Program-made: the position numbers and the translations under genes
Shown here: positions 1 to 10,275 of the stretch, piece by piece
Layout: each line of letters begins with the position of its first letter
Position numbering within the stretch: position 1 is the first letter of the stretch
Notes under the pieces: generated by a model
Database searches by the model: none
The model's input: the letters and a program-made list of their open reading frames with translations, nothing else
Told to the model about the DNA's origin: nothing
Source of the DNA: a bacterium
GTDB taxonomy: Bacteria; Zixibacteria; MSB-5A5; WJJR01
Assembly: GCA_035559435.1 (NCBI GenBank)
Contig: DATMBC010000017.1
Location: 11,848 to 75,847, forward strand
Direction of reading: 5' to 3'
Length of the DNA: 64,000 bases

Positions 1-572
1 CGCGGCAGACGGTACTCCGGCACGCCGGTGGCGAGCATCCCGGCCAATACCGGCTCCATTTCATAGATGGTGACATCAAAGCCCAGCAGCGCCAGATCGT
101 GCGCACAGGCCAGCCCGGCCGGCCCGCTGCCGATGATCCCCACGCTTTCCCCCCGCGCCCGCGGCACCGATTGATCGGTGAGCGCCTGCAGAAGCGGCAG
201 GAGCTCATCGTGATCCTCGCAGGCGCGGTCGGCGCCAAGGGCGGCACGGCGCAGGAAGTCGACCAACTGCGCCGGGGCGTTCTCCCCTTCCGGGCCGAAC
301 TGCGAACAGACATAGCGCTTGAGGGCGCGAATGGCGATCGGGTCATCGAAGTCGCCGCGACGGCAGGCCTGTTCGCACGGGGCGCCGCAGACCCGTCCGC
401 AGATCGACGCCAGCGGATTCGGCCCGCGCGCGATCAGATAGGCGGTCCGGTCATCCCCGTCGGCAATGGCCCGCACATACCCGCGCGCGTCGGTGTGCAC
501 CGGACAGGCGTACTGGCACTTGATCTGCCGCTTCCAGTACTCGCGGTCGGGTATGGTGATCGGGTAATTCAT
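1..572 (-). CDS. Glutamate-synthase-small-subunit-like NAD(P)H-dependent FeS/FAD oxidoreductase. N-terminal part only; the gene continues past the window start.
   Basis: Minus-strand reading frame with no stop inside the window. Translation MNYPITIPDREYWKRQIKCQYACPVHTDARGYV...CGAPCEQAC...SVGIIGSGPAGLACAHDLALLGFDVTIYE shows Cys clusters followed by a GxGxxG dinucleotide-binding motif typical of GltD/SudA-like proteins. The ATG at 570-572 overlaps the TGA of the upstream Rrf2 gene (ATGA). Confidence 0.7.
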   Translation of the reverse strand, partial: MNYPITIPDREYWKRQIKCQYACPVHTDARGYVRAIADGDDRTAYLIARGPNPLASICGRVCGAPCEQACRRGDFDDPIAIRALKRYVCSQFGPEGENAPAQLVDFLRRAALGADRACEDHDELLPLLQALTDQSVPRARGESVGIIGSGPAGLACAHDLALLGFDVTIYEMEPVLAGMLATGVPEYRLP

Positions 573-1021
573 GCGGGCGCGCGTCGGTTGGCCGTGCCCG
601 GTCGGGCGCGGAACGGGGGTTTGAGCGGCGGCTCCAGTTTCTCCAGCGTCATTTGCCGCAGGAAGGTTTCGTACTTGTCCCACACCCCCGACCACATCGC
701 GTGGGCGGCGCAGGCATGATGGTCGCTGCAAGTCTTGTTGCCGAGGAAACAACGCCGCCGGCCGTCGAGGTCGTCGAAGAGCGTCACGATTTCGTAGGCG
801 GTCAGACGGCGGGCGGGGCGGGCCAAACGGAAGCCGCCGCCGGGGCCGCGGACCGAGTCGACCAGGCCGGCGCGTCCGAGGGTGTGCATGATCTTGGAAA
901 GGTAGTTGGCGGGGACGCCGCTGGAGCGGGAGAGGGCCCCGGCGCCGACCAAGCCGCCGTCGGACAATCGGCTGAGGGCGGCCATCGCGCGGATGGCATA
1001 TTCGGCGGTGTGCGAGATCAT
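569..1021 (-). CDS. Rrf2-family transcriptional regulator (IscR/NsrR-like)
   Basis: 150 aa. Begins MISHTAEYAIRAMAALS, a winged-HTH start typical of Rrf2. Conserved Cys residues (CFLGNKTCSDHHAC) could ligate an Fe-S cluster. Confidence 0.85.
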   Translation of the reverse strand: MISHTAEYAIRAMAALSRLSDGGLVGAGALSRSSGVPANYLSKIMHTLGRAGLVDSVRGPGGGFRLARPARRLTAYEIVTLFDDLDGRRRCFLGNKTCSDHHACAAHAMWSGVWDKYETFLRQMTLEKLEPPLKPPFRARPGTANRRAPA

Positions 1022-1170
1022 GGCGCCATGATAATTCTTGAATTCTTCATGTCAATATGATTTATTGCTCCCCGTGACAGAAATCGGCGGCGCGACGCCC
1101 ACGCTTGAGCGCCCCCTCCCCGATTCTGTCAAAAACCGGACCGCCGACGGTCCTCTCCAGGAGGCCTGCA

Positions 1171-1710
1171 ATGACCGGATCGTGCGATTCTCTGGTGCGG
1201 GAGCATGAAACCATCGAACGCGTCCTCGACATGCTGGAAGCCCGGGTGCGCGCCGTGGCCGAAGGCGCCCCGATCGACACCGACTACTTCACCGCCGCGA
1301 TCGGCTTCGTCCGCCATTTTGCCGACGGGCTCCACCATCAGAAGGAGGAGCAGGTCCTCTTCCCTGCCCTCTGCGCGGCCGGCATGTCGCGGGAAGCCGG
1401 CCCGGTCGCGGTCATGCTCTACGAGCACGACTTGGGACGTGGTCATATCCGGGCCATGGAAGCGGCGCTGACGCCCGCTGCCGGCGGCGACATGGCCGCG
1501 CGTCGGCAGCTGATCCGTGAGGCCCTGGCCTATGTCGCGCTTTTGCGCGCCCACATTCAAAAGGAGAACATGATCCTCTTCCCGCTGGCCGAGCGCGCCC
1601 TCGATCCGGCCAGCCAGGAGCGTCTGCTCCAGCAATTTGCCGCGTTGGAGGAGCGTGAGCGCGACCGCAGCCAGTCGCAGCGCGACTGGGTCGACTCGCT
1701 GACAACCTGA
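1171..1710 (+). CDS. Hemerythrin-like (HHE cation-binding) domain protein
   Basis: LVREHETIERVLDMLE...H..E...FPAL...MLYEHD motifs match the hemerythrin-like family. AGGAGG RBS at 1158-1165. Divergent from the Rrf2 gene. The ORF track starts at 1105 but the first RBS-supported ATG is 1171. Confidence 0.75.
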   Translation: MTGSCDSLVREHETIERVLDMLEARVRAVAEGAPIDTDYFTAAIGFVRHFADGLHHQKEEQVLFPALCAAGMSREAGPVAVMLYEHDLGRGHIRAMEAALTPAAGGDMAARRQLIREALAYVALLRAHIQKENMILFPLAERALDPASQERLLQQFAALEERERDRSQSQRDWVDSLTT

Positions 1711-1863
1711 CAACTGCGTGTTGCCACGCCTCGTCGTGCGCCCGCCGTCAGCTGATGGCGGGCGCTTGCGTGATTGCACACAATCACCATACACCATACT
1801 TTCGCTCCTGATTTGCGGACGTGCGAAATGGAATCCGAGGACGCGATTCGACCGGAGGGAGCG

Positions 1864-2799
1864 ATGAGCACATATCGCATTCTGTCCATGGACGGTGGGG
1901 GGATTCGCGGGTTGATCACCGCCATCCTCATTCAACGGCTGTCGCAAGCACCCGGCCTGAGCGGGTGGCTGAACCAGACCGATCTGCTGGCGGGGACATC
2001 GACCGGCGGCCTTCTGGCGCTGGGCATCGCCAAGGGACTGGACATCGAGGTCATCCGCGCGCTGTATGAGAAGAAAGGCACGAAGGTGTTCGACGACAGC
2101 TGGCTGGATGATGTCTTCGACCTGGGCAAAGTCATCGGTGCCGACTATGGTCTGACTGGGCTGAAAAGCGAACTGAAGGCGATCCTGGGCGAGACCAGAC
2201 TCAAGGACTTGAAAACCAAGGTCCTGATCACCGCCTTCGATCTGGACAACGAGGACCCCAATCCATCACGGCGGCGCTGGAAGCCAAAGCTGTTCCACAA
2301 TTTTAGGAGCCCGTCGGATCCCGGCGACGGCGATCAATTGGCCTGGAAGGTGGGGGTCTACACCGCCGCGGCTCCGACCTATTTCCCCTCCTTCGAGGGA
2401 TACATCGACGGCGGAGTCTATGCGACCAATCCGAGCATGTGCGCGCTGGCGCAGTCGCAGGATGTCCGGTTGCCGAACCGTCCCGCCTTCGGCGATGTCG
2501 TGTTGTTCTCGTTGGGAACGGGCACGCCGCTGGAGTATGTGCGCGGGCAGACGCTCAATTGGGGGTATGCGCAGTGGGCCAAACCGCTGGTCAGTCTCAT
2601 GCTCGACGGCGTCGCCGGAATCGCCGACTACCAATGCCGCCAGTTGCTCGGCGATCGCTACTGCCGTGTCGGACCGGCGTTCCCGCCTGATATGAAGATT
2701 CCGATGGATGGCGTCGGCAAGATCCAAGAGATGATCGACTTCGCCAATTCCGTCGACCTGAAGCCGGCGGTCGCCTGGCTGAAGGCGAACTGGATCTGA
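1864..2799 (+). CDS. Patatin-like phospholipase (cytosolic; no signal peptide)
   Basis: DGGGIRG oxyanion motif, GTSTGG serine hydrolase motif and DGG(V/A) catalytic Asp motif. GGAGGGA RBS precedes the ATG at 1864. The ORF track entry starts upstream at 1774. Confidence 0.85.
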   Translation: MSTYRILSMDGGGIRGLITAILIQRLSQAPGLSGWLNQTDLLAGTSTGGLLALGIAKGLDIEVIRALYEKKGTKVFDDSWLDDVFDLGKVIGADYGLTGLKSELKAILGETRLKDLKTKVLITAFDLDNEDPNPSRRRWKPKLFHNFRSPSDPGDGDQLAWKVGVYTAAAPTYFPSFEGYIDGGVYATNPSMCALAQSQDVRLPNRPAFGDVVLFSLGTGTPLEYVRGQTLNWGYAQWAKPLVSLMLDGVAGIADYQCRQLLGDRYCRVGPAFPPDMKIPMDGVGKIQEMIDFANSVDLKPAVAWLKANWI

Positions 2800-3107
2800 G
2801 GGGGTCTGGCGACTCGGGAGGAGCCAACAATGCGGCTCGGCGCCCTCACATCTGAGCGCCGTCCGTTTGCCCTTCGGTCAACCTGGTCCAATCGATTCAG
2901 TTTCGTTACCTCCGACCACGCAGGCCATCAACAAGAGCCGCGCCCAGCAACGGAGCGGGGCTCGGCCCCGGTTAAGGGCCTACTGACGGCCGCGTCCGGG
3001 CGGCCAGAAAGTGTCAGGAATGGACCGGATCGGGAGCCAAGTTGACCGCGGCGATTGGGGCACCTGTGTTTATTACACGCACGGCGCCTGGGGCGCCGGC
3101 AGCGCTT

Positions 3108-3938
3108 ATGCAGTCCCGATCAAAGTCCGTCCTGCTGTGGATTCTGGCGTTGGCCGTCACGCTGGTTTCCGCGACCTACCAACGGCGCACCGGGCCTACC
3201 TACCCCGTCTCCGGCGCTGTCTCGGTCGACGGCCATCGGCTCGAATTCGCTCTGCCGCGCAGCCATGGTGTTTCGGGTGATGCCCGGATCGTGATCACCG
3301 CGCCCGATACCACGCTTCGCGGCGAGATCACCTTCCGGCGGTTCAAGAGCCACGACGAATGGACGACGGTGGCAATGGTTCGTGACGGCGAGGTCCTGCA
3401 GGGGACCCTGCCCCATCAACCCCCGGCCGGAAAAATCGCCTACCAGGTCAGCGTCATCACTGGAGACGGAGCGCCGGTGCCGTTGACCGCCCAGCCGGTG
3501 ATCATCCGTTTCAAGGGGAGTGTTCCCCTCATCGTCCTGATCCCGCATGTCATCTTCATGTTCATGGCGATGCTGTTGTCCACGCGTGCCGGGCTGGAGG
3601 CGGTGACCCGGGGACCACGGGTGGCAGGTCTGACCTGGTGGACGCTTGGATTCCTGCTGGTCGGCGGGCTCATCCTCGGTCCGATGGTGCAAAAGCACGC
3701 CTTTGGCAGCTACTGGACTGGCTGGCCTTTCGGCCAGGACATGACCGACAACAAGACCCTGGTGGCCTTTCTCGGTTGGGCCTTCGCCGCCTATCGTGTG
3801 CGACGACCAAAGGCCCGATATCCTGAAGTGTTGGTGGCCGCATTGCTGCTTTTGGCTGTCTACTTGATTCCGCACAGCATGTGGGGCTCGGAGCTGGATT
3901 ACACGCGTCCGCCTTCCGGACAGCATGTGGGACCGTGA
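3108..3938 (+). CDS. Hypothetical integral membrane protein. N-terminal TM helix, an exported beta-rich domain of about 150 aa, then 3-4 C-terminal TM helices.
   Basis: Hydrophobic segments LLWILALAVTLVSA, LIVLIPHVIFMFMAMLL, LTWWTLGFLLVGGLILG and LVAALLLLAVYLI. No motif I recognise. Start could be 3042 or 3108. Confidence 0.5.
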   Translation: MQSRSKSVLLWILALAVTLVSATYQRRTGPTYPVSGAVSVDGHRLEFALPRSHGVSGDARIVITAPDTTLRGEITFRRFKSHDEWTTVAMVRDGEVLQGTLPHQPPAGKIAYQVSVITGDGAPVPLTAQPVIIRFKGSVPLIVLIPHVIFMFMAMLLSTRAGLEAVTRGPRVAGLTWWTLGFLLVGGLILGPMVQKHAFGSYWTGWPFGQDMTDNKTLVAFLGWAFAAYRVRRPKARYPEVLVAALLLLAVYLIPHSMWGSELDYTRPPSGQHVGP

Positions 3939-4022
3939 GTCACCCCCGGACCTGCTGCCACCGATCTCTTTGCGTCGCCACCCATAGCGCACCGATCGCG
4001 AATTCGTTACCATCCCGCTGTC

Positions 4023-4394
4023 ATGTTGCGCGCGATCAATCGAACGAAAAGCGACACCATCCTCGCCGCAAACGTGACCTGGGCCGGGACATCGCAACAA
4101 CGTCGTCGCGGTTGGCTGGGGCGGGCCTCTGTCGCGCCGGATGAGGCGATCTACCTCACTCCCTGCGAGGGGGTCCATACCATTGGCATGAGATTTCCGA
4201 TCGACGTGGCCTTTCTCGGCGCCGATGGGCGCGTTCTTGCCACGCAACACGGCCTGAAGCCGTGGCGCATCTCGAAACTGGTCTTCCGCGCCGCCGGGGT
4301 GCTGGAGCTATCTCCGGGACGGCTGCGGGCGACCGGCGCCGAAGTGGGGGATCTGATCGAGTTTGAGGAGACCGGCGGGCCTTCGCCGGAGTGA
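4023..4394 (+). CDS. DUF192 (COG1430) family protein
   Basis: Pattern ...YLTPCEGVHTIGMRFPIDVAFLGADGRVL... resembles the conserved DUF192 core (G-M-x-F-P-[IL]-D-[IV]-[AI]-F). Confidence 0.55.
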   Translation: MLRAINRTKSDTILAANVTWAGTSQQRRRGWLGRASVAPDEAIYLTPCEGVHTIGMRFPIDVAFLGADGRVLATQHGLKPWRISKLVFRAAGVLELSPGRLRATGAEVGDLIEFEETGGPSPE

Positions 4395-4479
4395 GCACGG
4401 CCGATTCACAGACAAGCGGATAACCGCCCCGGCGTCGGGATCGACGGCCGGGACACAGGCGGGGAGTTTGGCCCGACGG

Positions 4480-4587
4480 CTAACGCCGGCCCATCTTTTC
4501 GCGACGGATGCGATTGCGGCGGCGTGTGTACCACGCGACACCGAGGATAATGGCCAGGACAATCAGTACGATGTTGAGTGTGTCCAT
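4480..4587 (-). CDS. Small single-TM membrane peptide (35 aa) trailing the tad operon
   Basis: Found by hand; below the ORF-track length cutoff. MDTLNIVLIVLAIILGVAWYTRRRNRIRREKMGRR. AAGGGGAAG RBS 8 nt upstream. Lies 23 nt downstream of the tadC stop on the same strand. Confidence 0.35.
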   Translation of the reverse strand: MDTLNIVLIVLAIILGVAWYTRRRNRIRREKMGRR

Positions 4588-4610
4588 GCGCTTCCCCTTT
4601 CCGAAGGAAC

Positions 4611-5507
4611 CTACCGCGACATTTCCGTCAGCGACCGATACAACCGCAGGGCCGCCGGCCCCAGGAGCACCACCAACAACTCCGGGAATATGAACAGGAT
4701 GAGCGGAAACAGCAACTTAATTGGCAGCTTCTGCGCATCCTCCATGGCGCGCTGACGCCGTTTGGTGCGCAGGATTTCCGCCTGCACGCGCAGGACATCG
4801 GCAATGCTGGTTCCCAGTTTGTCCGATTGCATGAGCACGGTCGCCAGCGAGCGCAGTTCATCGACGCCGGTGCGCAGCGCCAGATTGCGGAAGGCATCGG
4901 CCCGTCCGACACCGAGGAAGAATTCCTGATTGAGGATGCTCAGTTCAGTGGCCAGTTCCGGGTAGGTGTGCCGCATCTCGCGCGCGATGCGCTGGATGGC
5001 GGCGTTGAGACTCAGCCCCGCCTCGACGCAGACGATGATCAGATCGAGCACGTTGGGAATGGCGCGCTGGATGTTCTCGCGCCGGGTCCGCGTCCGGCTG
5101 CTCACGATCAGATAGGGCAGCGCATAGCCGAATACCGCCGCGCCCAGCGGCAGGAGCACCTTCAGCGGTCCCTTGGCGATATACTGGTCCTGGACCCAGT
5201 AGCCGAGAAGCCCGAGGACCGCGCCCCAGAAGACCCGCAGGATCCAGTACCAGGTCACCGCATGCCGTCCGCGGAAGCCGGCGCGGGTCAGATCGGCCCG
5301 CAGCGAGGTGTAGGAACTCGGATCGACGCTGACTAAAAGCGAGGGCCCCTCGCCCGACCGACCACCCTCCAGCGGCGCGCCACCCTCGCGCACATCGCGC
5401 AACCGCCGCTCCAGCGGATCACGCGAGCGGAACACGAACAGCAGAATCGTGATCAGCAGCCCGAAAAAGCCGAGGAAGATTGCGACGGTCAGCAGGGAGA
5501 AGTTCAC
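4611..5507 (-). CDS. tadC: Tad/Flp pilus assembly inner-membrane protein TadC (type II secretion system F domain)
   Basis: 298 aa with TM helices and a T2SSF-like core. Last gene of the contiguous tad operon. Confidence 0.8.
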   Translation of the reverse strand: MNFSLLTVAIFLGFFGLLITILLFVFRSRDPLERRLRDVREGGAPLEGGRSGEGPSLLVSVDPSSYTSLRADLTRAGFRGRHAVTWYWILRVFWGAVLGLLGYWVQDQYIAKGPLKVLLPLGAAVFGYALPYLIVSSRTRTRRENIQRAIPNVLDLIIVCVEAGLSLNAAIQRIAREMRHTYPELATELSILNQEFFLGVGRADAFRNLALRTGVDELRSLATVLMQSDKLGTSIADVLRVQAEILRTKRRQRAMEDAQKLPIKLLFPLILFIFPELLVVLLGPAALRLYRSLTEMSR

Positions 5508-5516
5508 GGGTGTCCT

Positions 5517-6491
5517 CTAATAGCGCAGTCGAACGATCCGGCGGATAGCCATGATGCCGATGATCTGCAGGACGAGGGCCCCGACGATCAGATACATGCC
5601 GGCAGGATCGTCATAAAGCACCTTCAGGTACTCGGGATTCAGGAATTGCACGAGGATCGCCATGACCAGCGGCAGAATAACCAGAATCAGCCCGGAGAGC
5701 CGTCCCTGCGCGGTATGAATGCGGATTTCCCGCCGCAGCAGGAAGCGCTCGCGGATCATCCGCGCCAGCATCGCGAGGATTTCGGCGAGGTTGCCGCCGG
5801 TCCGGCGCTGGATCGAAATCGCGGTGGTCATGATCCGCAGATCGTCACTGGGCATGCGCCGCACCATGCTTTCCAGAGCCTGCACGAATTCGACGCCGAG
5901 GTTCTGCTCTTCATACGTGATCGCGAACTCGGTGCCGACCGGATCGGGCATCTCCTGCGCCGCCAGACTCATCGCCGCCTCCAGCGAGAACCCCGACCGG
6001 AGTGCGTTGACGGTCAAATCAATCGCTTCGGGAAGCAGTTCCTCGAAACGGTCAATGCGCTTGGCGCGCCGCCAGAACACCCAGAAAAACGGAATCGGCA
6101 AGATGACGATGAAGGCGAGAAATCCCAGAAGCCGTGATTGCATAAGCAGCGTGATGACCAGCCCGATGACGCTGCCCAGCGAGAGCGCCGCCAGCACCAA
6201 CGCGCCGGCGCGCATCGGCAGCCCGGCCTGGTTGATGACATCCTGCAGATACCGCGCCGAGGTCATCCGCCCGAGCAGGCGGTCGAGGAAGGGGATGGTG
6301 CTGTACGACTGGTCGCGCAGGATGAGGAAGTCTTTTTCCGGCGCCTGCGATTGCCCCTCGACGATGCGGCGCATGCGGTCGCGCAGTTTGCGGTTGCGCT
6401 TGCCCAGACGGTCGTAGGCGACCAGGAAGATCACCAGCGACAGCAGGAAGAAGCCGGCAAAGACGATGATGGCGAGGTACTGCAGGTTCAC
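5517..6491 (-). CDS. tadB: Tad/Flp pilus assembly inner-membrane protein TadB (T2SSF domain)
   Basis: 324 aa polytopic membrane protein. 4-nt overlap with cpaF upstream. Confidence 0.8.
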   Translation of the reverse strand: MNLQYLAIIVFAGFFLLSLVIFLVAYDRLGKRNRKLRDRMRRIVEGQSQAPEKDFLILRDQSYSTIPFLDRLLGRMTSARYLQDVINQAGLPMRAGALVLAALSLGSVIGLVITLLMQSRLLGFLAFIVILPIPFFWVFWRRAKRIDRFEELLPEAIDLTVNALRSGFSLEAAMSLAAQEMPDPVGTEFAITYEEQNLGVEFVQALESMVRRMPSDDLRIMTTAISIQRRTGGNLAEILAMLARMIRERFLLRREIRIHTAQGRLSGLILVILPLVMAILVQFLNPEYLKVLYDDPAGMYLIVGALVLQIIGIMAIRRIVRLRY

Positions 6492-7873
6492 AACGGCGTC
6501 CCTTCCGGATCAAACAGTTCGGTGGGCAACTGGATGCCGGCCGCCGCCAGGTGGTTGACCGCCTTGGGACGGATCCCGGTGGGACGGAACACGCCGAGCA
6601 CCCGTCCGCCTTCGCCCAATCCCTGGCGCTCGAAGCGGAAGATCTCCTGCAGCGTGATCGTGCTCTGCTCCATGCCGACGATCTCGGAGATCGATGAGAC
6701 CCGCCGCGAGCCGTCGCTGTAGCGCGTCACCTGCACCAGCAGGTTGATGCTGCTGGCGATCAGTTCGCGGATGGCGCGTCCGGGAATGTCGATCCCGGAG
6801 AGCAGCATCAGCGTCTCCAGACGCAGCAGGCAATCGCGCGTGCTGTTGGCGTGGATGGTGGTGAGCGAGCCGTCGTGGCCGGTGTTCATCGCCTGCAGCA
6901 TGTCGTAGATCTCGGCGCCGCGCACCTCGCCGATGAGGATGCGGTCGGGACGCATGCGCAGCGCGTTGCGCAACAGATCGCGCTGGGTCACCGTGCCGCG
7001 CCCCTCGATGTTCGGCGGGCGCGTTTCCAGGCGGATCACATGCGGCTGCTGCAACTGCAACTCGGCCGAATCCTCAATCGTCACGATGCGTTCGTCGTCG
7101 GGGATGTAGGCCGAGAGGATGTTCAAAAGCGTGGTCTTCCCCGAGCCGGTGCCGCCGGAGATCACGATGTTCAGCCGTGACTTGATCGCGCCCTTCAAGA
7201 ATTCGAAGAGCGGCGGCGTGATCGAGCCGCGCTCCAGCAGATCCTCGATGCTGAGCACGTTGGTGCGAAATCGGCGGATGGACAACATCGGCCCGTCCAG
7301 CGCCAACGGCGGTATGATCGCGTTGACGCGCGAGCCATCGGGCAGCCGCGCATCGACCATCGGCGAGGCCTCGTCGAGACGGCGTCCGACGCGGGTCACG
7401 ATCCGGTCGATAATCTTCATCAAGTGGTCGTTGTCCTTGAAGCGCGTCTCGGTCAACTGCAGCTTGCCGCCCTCTTCGATGTAGACCTGGTTGTAGCCGT
7501 TGACGAGGATATCGGAGACCTCCGGGCGGTTCATGTACTGCTCCAGCGGCCCCAGGCCGAGCAGCTCGTCGCGGATTTCGGTGATCAGCCGCTCCTTGAC
7601 CTCGGGGGTCAGGTTGAGCCCTTCTTCGAGGAGCAGCGACTCGGTGACACGGCCGATCTGCGACTGCAGGACGGTGCGGTCGACGGTGATCAGGACGGAG
7701 AGGTCGAGTCGGTTGATCAGGGTCTGATGGATGTGGGATTTCAGCTCGCCGAAGGCGTCGCGTTTTTCGGCCGACACCGGAGCAGCCGGGGCGGTCTGGG
7801 ACGCCGGTTTGGCGGGCTCGCGCTTTTCGGACGCGGGCGGACGACCGAATCCTGATCGTGGACGAAATGCCAT
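6488..7873 (-). CDS. cpaF: Tad pilus secretion ATPase CpaF/TadA
   Basis: Walker [13 protein letters not shown] plus Asp box and His box motifs of T2SS/T4SS E-type ATPases. 461 aa. Confidence 0.9.
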   Translation of the reverse strand: MAFRPRSGFGRPPASEKREPAKPASQTAPAAPVSAEKRDAFGELKSHIHQTLINRLDLSVLITVDRTVLQSQIGRVTESLLLEEGLNLTPEVKERLITEIRDELLGLGPLEQYMNRPEVSDILVNGYNQVYIEEGGKLQLTETRFKDNDHLMKIIDRIVTRVGRRLDEASPMVDARLPDGSRVNAIIPPLALDGPMLSIRRFRTNVLSIEDLLERGSITPPLFEFLKGAIKSRLNIVISGGTGSGKTTLLNILSAYIPDDERIVTIEDSAELQLQQPHVIRLETRPPNIEGRGTVTQRDLLRNALRMRPDRILIGEVRGAEIYDMLQAMNTGHDGSLTTIHANSTRDCLLRLETLMLLSGIDIPGRAIRELIASSINLLVQVTRYSDGSRRVSSISEIVGMEQSTITLQEIFRFERQGLGEGGRVLGVFRPTGIRPKAVNHLAAAGIQLPTELFDPEGTPL

Positions 7874-7896
7874 GATTCGCTCCTGCCGGACGTCGC

Positions 7897-9045
7897 TTAA
7901 TTCGCCGGCGCCGATCCGTTCGGCGACATGGACATGCGCGCCATTTCGCTCAGACTGCGTGCGACGTTCGACTTCTGGTTGCTGATCACCAGCGGCTCAC
8001 CGGCGTTGATCGCCTCGATCACCGTGCGGTAGTCGCTGGGAATCCGGTATGCCACCCGGCAGCCCGCGGTCTCGCAGAACTGCTCCTCGGAGATGGCGTC
8101 TTTGCGCGAAACGCGGTTGAGGATCACCTTCACCTTGTTGTCGTCAAAGCCCAGCGACCGGAACACCTGCAGCGCGTAGCGCGTGGCCCGGATCGTCGAC
8201 AGTTCACAGGTGGCCACCAGCAGGATGCGGTCGGCGATCTGCAACGCCTCGTAGGTGTAGGCGTCGAAGGTATGCGGCAAATCGAGCACCACGTCGTTGT
8301 AGGAATCCCGCAGGTGGGAGAGCATCTGGCTCAACTGCTTGGCGGTGATCCCCTCGGACGTACTGGTGACTTCCTTTTCGCCCAGGTAGAGAAGGCCCGA
8401 CTTGTGCCGGATCAGCGACCCCTGCAGGCGGGCGGGATCGACCTCGCCGCGCGGATCGAGGATGTCGGTCATTCTGAAATCCGGTTCGAGGTCCAGCTGG
8501 CTGGCCACGTCGCCGATGTCGAAGGCCAGATCGGCGATGACCGTCTCGCGTCCGGCGGCGGCCAGTGCCACCGCCAGATTGACAGCGATGGTGGTGACTC
8601 CCAGTCCGCCTTTCTTGCTGAAGACGGCGATCACATTGCCGGCCGAGCGGGCGTGGGCGGTCTCGGCCTCGATCAGACGGACCACCCGGTCCAGCGCGCT
8701 GTGCAGTTCCTTCACTTCCAGCGGCTTCGACAGATACTCGCTCACCCCGGAGCGGAAGGCCGTTAAGATGAGATCCGGCGTCTTCGACGCCGAGGTGGCG
8801 AAGATGCGCAGTTGGGGATGCTCCTTGCGCCAGCGGTCGGCCGCCGCCAACGCCTCATCCGGGCGTGTGGGCAACTCGAGAAAGACCAGGTGCGGACGCG
8901 TGCGCAGGAGCAACTCCTGCGCCGCCGCGAAGTTTTCCGCCTCGCCCACCAGCTCGACGCCGGGGAATCCCTTCAGTTGCTGGCGCACCGCCTTGCGGAA
9001 TCCGCCATCGGAATCCACAATGATGGCCGTAACGTTAGGTCCCAT
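7897..9045 (-). CDS. cpaE: Pilus assembly protein CpaE/TadZ (N-terminal receiver-like domain plus ParA/MinD-like ATPase domain)
   Basis: REC-like N-terminal domain (IIVDSD...LVFLEL) followed by deviant Walker [10 protein letters not shown]. Confidence 0.85.
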   Translation of the reverse strand: MGPNVTAIIVDSDGGFRKAVRQQLKGFPGVELVGEAENFAAAQELLLRTRPHLVFLELPTRPDEALAAADRWRKEHPQLRIFATSASKTPDLILTAFRSGVSEYLSKPLEVKELHSALDRVVRLIEAETAHARSAGNVIAVFSKKGGLGVTTIAVNLAVALAAAGRETVIADLAFDIGDVASQLDLEPDFRMTDILDPRGEVDPARLQGSLIRHKSGLLYLGEKEVTSTSEGITAKQLSQMLSHLRDSYNDVVLDLPHTFDAYTYEALQIADRILLVATCELSTIRATRYALQVFRSLGFDDNKVKVILNRVSRKDAISEEQFCETAGCRVAYRIPSDYRTVIEAINAGEPLVISNQKSNVARSLSEMARMSMSPNGSAPAN

Positions 9046-9102
9046 AATCTCCGTTTTCTGTGCTGAAGGCGCCCGCCCTTTGCAAACGAATGGCCCCTCC
9101 GC

Positions 9103-10275
9103 CTACTCGACCAGTGTTGTCTTATACAGAAAGGTCGGATCGTTCTGATTGGCACACACGGTGCCGCCCGGCTCGCTCAGCCGCATAAAGCGGCCGGTGA
9201 TCTGCTGATTATTGTTTGAAGTGCTCTCGACAAACAGCACCATGATCTTGACCACTCTGACATACTTGCGTCCGGAGCCGTCATCGGCAAGTCCAATGTG
9301 CGGATCGAAGAGCGCGCATTTGACGATGCGCGGGCTCACACTGAAGGCGGAGTTCACGACCGTACCAGTGGCCTCGTCCCATTCTGCGGTCGGATCGCTC
9401 CCGACAATGCAGTTCAGTCCAGCGGAGTTCGGCCCCACTTGCTTTCCGGGTTCAACGACCAACTCATCGCCCGGATCAACAGTAAAGGAGGAGTCCAGGC
9501 ACCCCTGACACATCCAGTCGCGGTACCGGTCAGCCCCTGAAACCGGGTCACCGTCGTTGCGCGGCGGGAAGTCGACAGAGTAATACCAGAATTGGCCGAA
9601 GCCATCCTGATTGCCGTTGCCGAGGATGATCGTAATCGGCTGGCCCAGGTCGGCGTCGGTGTACCCCGTGGCGATGGGGTCATAATATTCGTTGGGATTC
9701 CTGATGCTGTCAGGGTTGTACTCGCCATTGCCGTCGGCGTCAAACCAGCGGTCGGGCGGCGCCCATGGCTCGAGGCACTTGCCCCCGCAGACCCAGAAGA
9801 ATTCGGCCGCGGCGCGCGCGGTCATCTCGCCTGCCCTGTCCTTGTCGAAGATGCGTATGAAGTAACTGACAAAGGAATCATCCGTTTCTTCGGTGCGATG
9901 GGTGACGACATGGATGCGTCGGGCCTGCGGGAAGGTGACATCGCCGTCGTTGATGACGACATTCCCCATGACGTTGCTCCTGCCATCACCGACATCGACG
10001 AGGGCGCGGTTGGTACCGGAAGCCATCATGGCCTCGAGCTGCGCCGCGGCGGTGTCGCCGCCCGTCAGCCCGCCCACGCGGGCACCCGCCAGCGCTGCGG
10101 CGTCGGCAGCGTTCTGCAGTTGCGTCCGTACCAATACCAGCTGGCCAATGTCAATCGCATACACGCAGAAAACCAACAGCAGGCCCATAAGCGCGCCCAC
10201 CAAGACGACCACCGCGCCCCGTTCGTCCTGATGAAAAGTCTCAAGCATGCGTCTCATCGGCCACCGTCCTTCCAC
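9103..10275 (-). CDS. TadG-like pilus assembly protein / pseudopilin with TadE/G N-terminal domain
   Basis: N-terminus RGAVVVLVGALMGLLLVFCVYAIDIGQLVLVRTQLQNAADAAALAGA matches the TadE/TadG-like signature. 390 aa. Confidence 0.7.
   Translation of the reverse strand: MEGRWPMRRMLETFHQDERGAVVVLVGALMGLLLVFCVYAIDIGQLVLVRTQLQNAADAAALAGARVGGLTGGDTAAAQLEAMMASGTNRALVDVGDGRSNVMGNVVINDGDVTFPQARRIHVVTHRTEETDDSFVSYFIRIFDKDRAGEMTARAAAEFFWVCGGKCLEPWAPPDRWFDADGNGEYNPDSIRNPNEYYDPIATGYTDADLGQPITIILGNGNQDGFGQFWYYSVDFPPRNDGDPVSGADRYRDWMCQGCLDSSFTVDPGDELVVEPGKQVGPNSAGLNCIVGSDPTAEWDEATGTVVNSAFSVSPRIVKCALFDPHIGLADDGSGRKYVRVVKIMVLFVESTSNNNQQITGRFMRLSEPGGTVCANQNDPTFLYKTTLVE

Noticed and set aside
99-719. 206-aa plus-strand ORF at the window start
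   Set aside because: It is antisense to a much better-supported minus-strand gene (a GltD-like FeS/FAD oxidoreductase with Cys clusters and a GxGxxG motif). In GC-rich DNA, long antisense ORFs are common. No RBS or motif support.
1864-2799. Patatin phospholipase as a CBASS CapV effector
   Set aside because: No CD-NTase/cyclase, E1/E2/JAB or other CBASS partner gene within 5 kb on either side. Kept only as a moderate-interest observation.
3120-4250. 376-aa minus-strand ORF overlapping the membrane-protein and DUF192 genes
   Set aside because: Composition is Arg/Gly/Pro-rich (a typical GC-rich antisense artefact). It overlaps two plus-strand genes that have RBSs and membrane or domain features.
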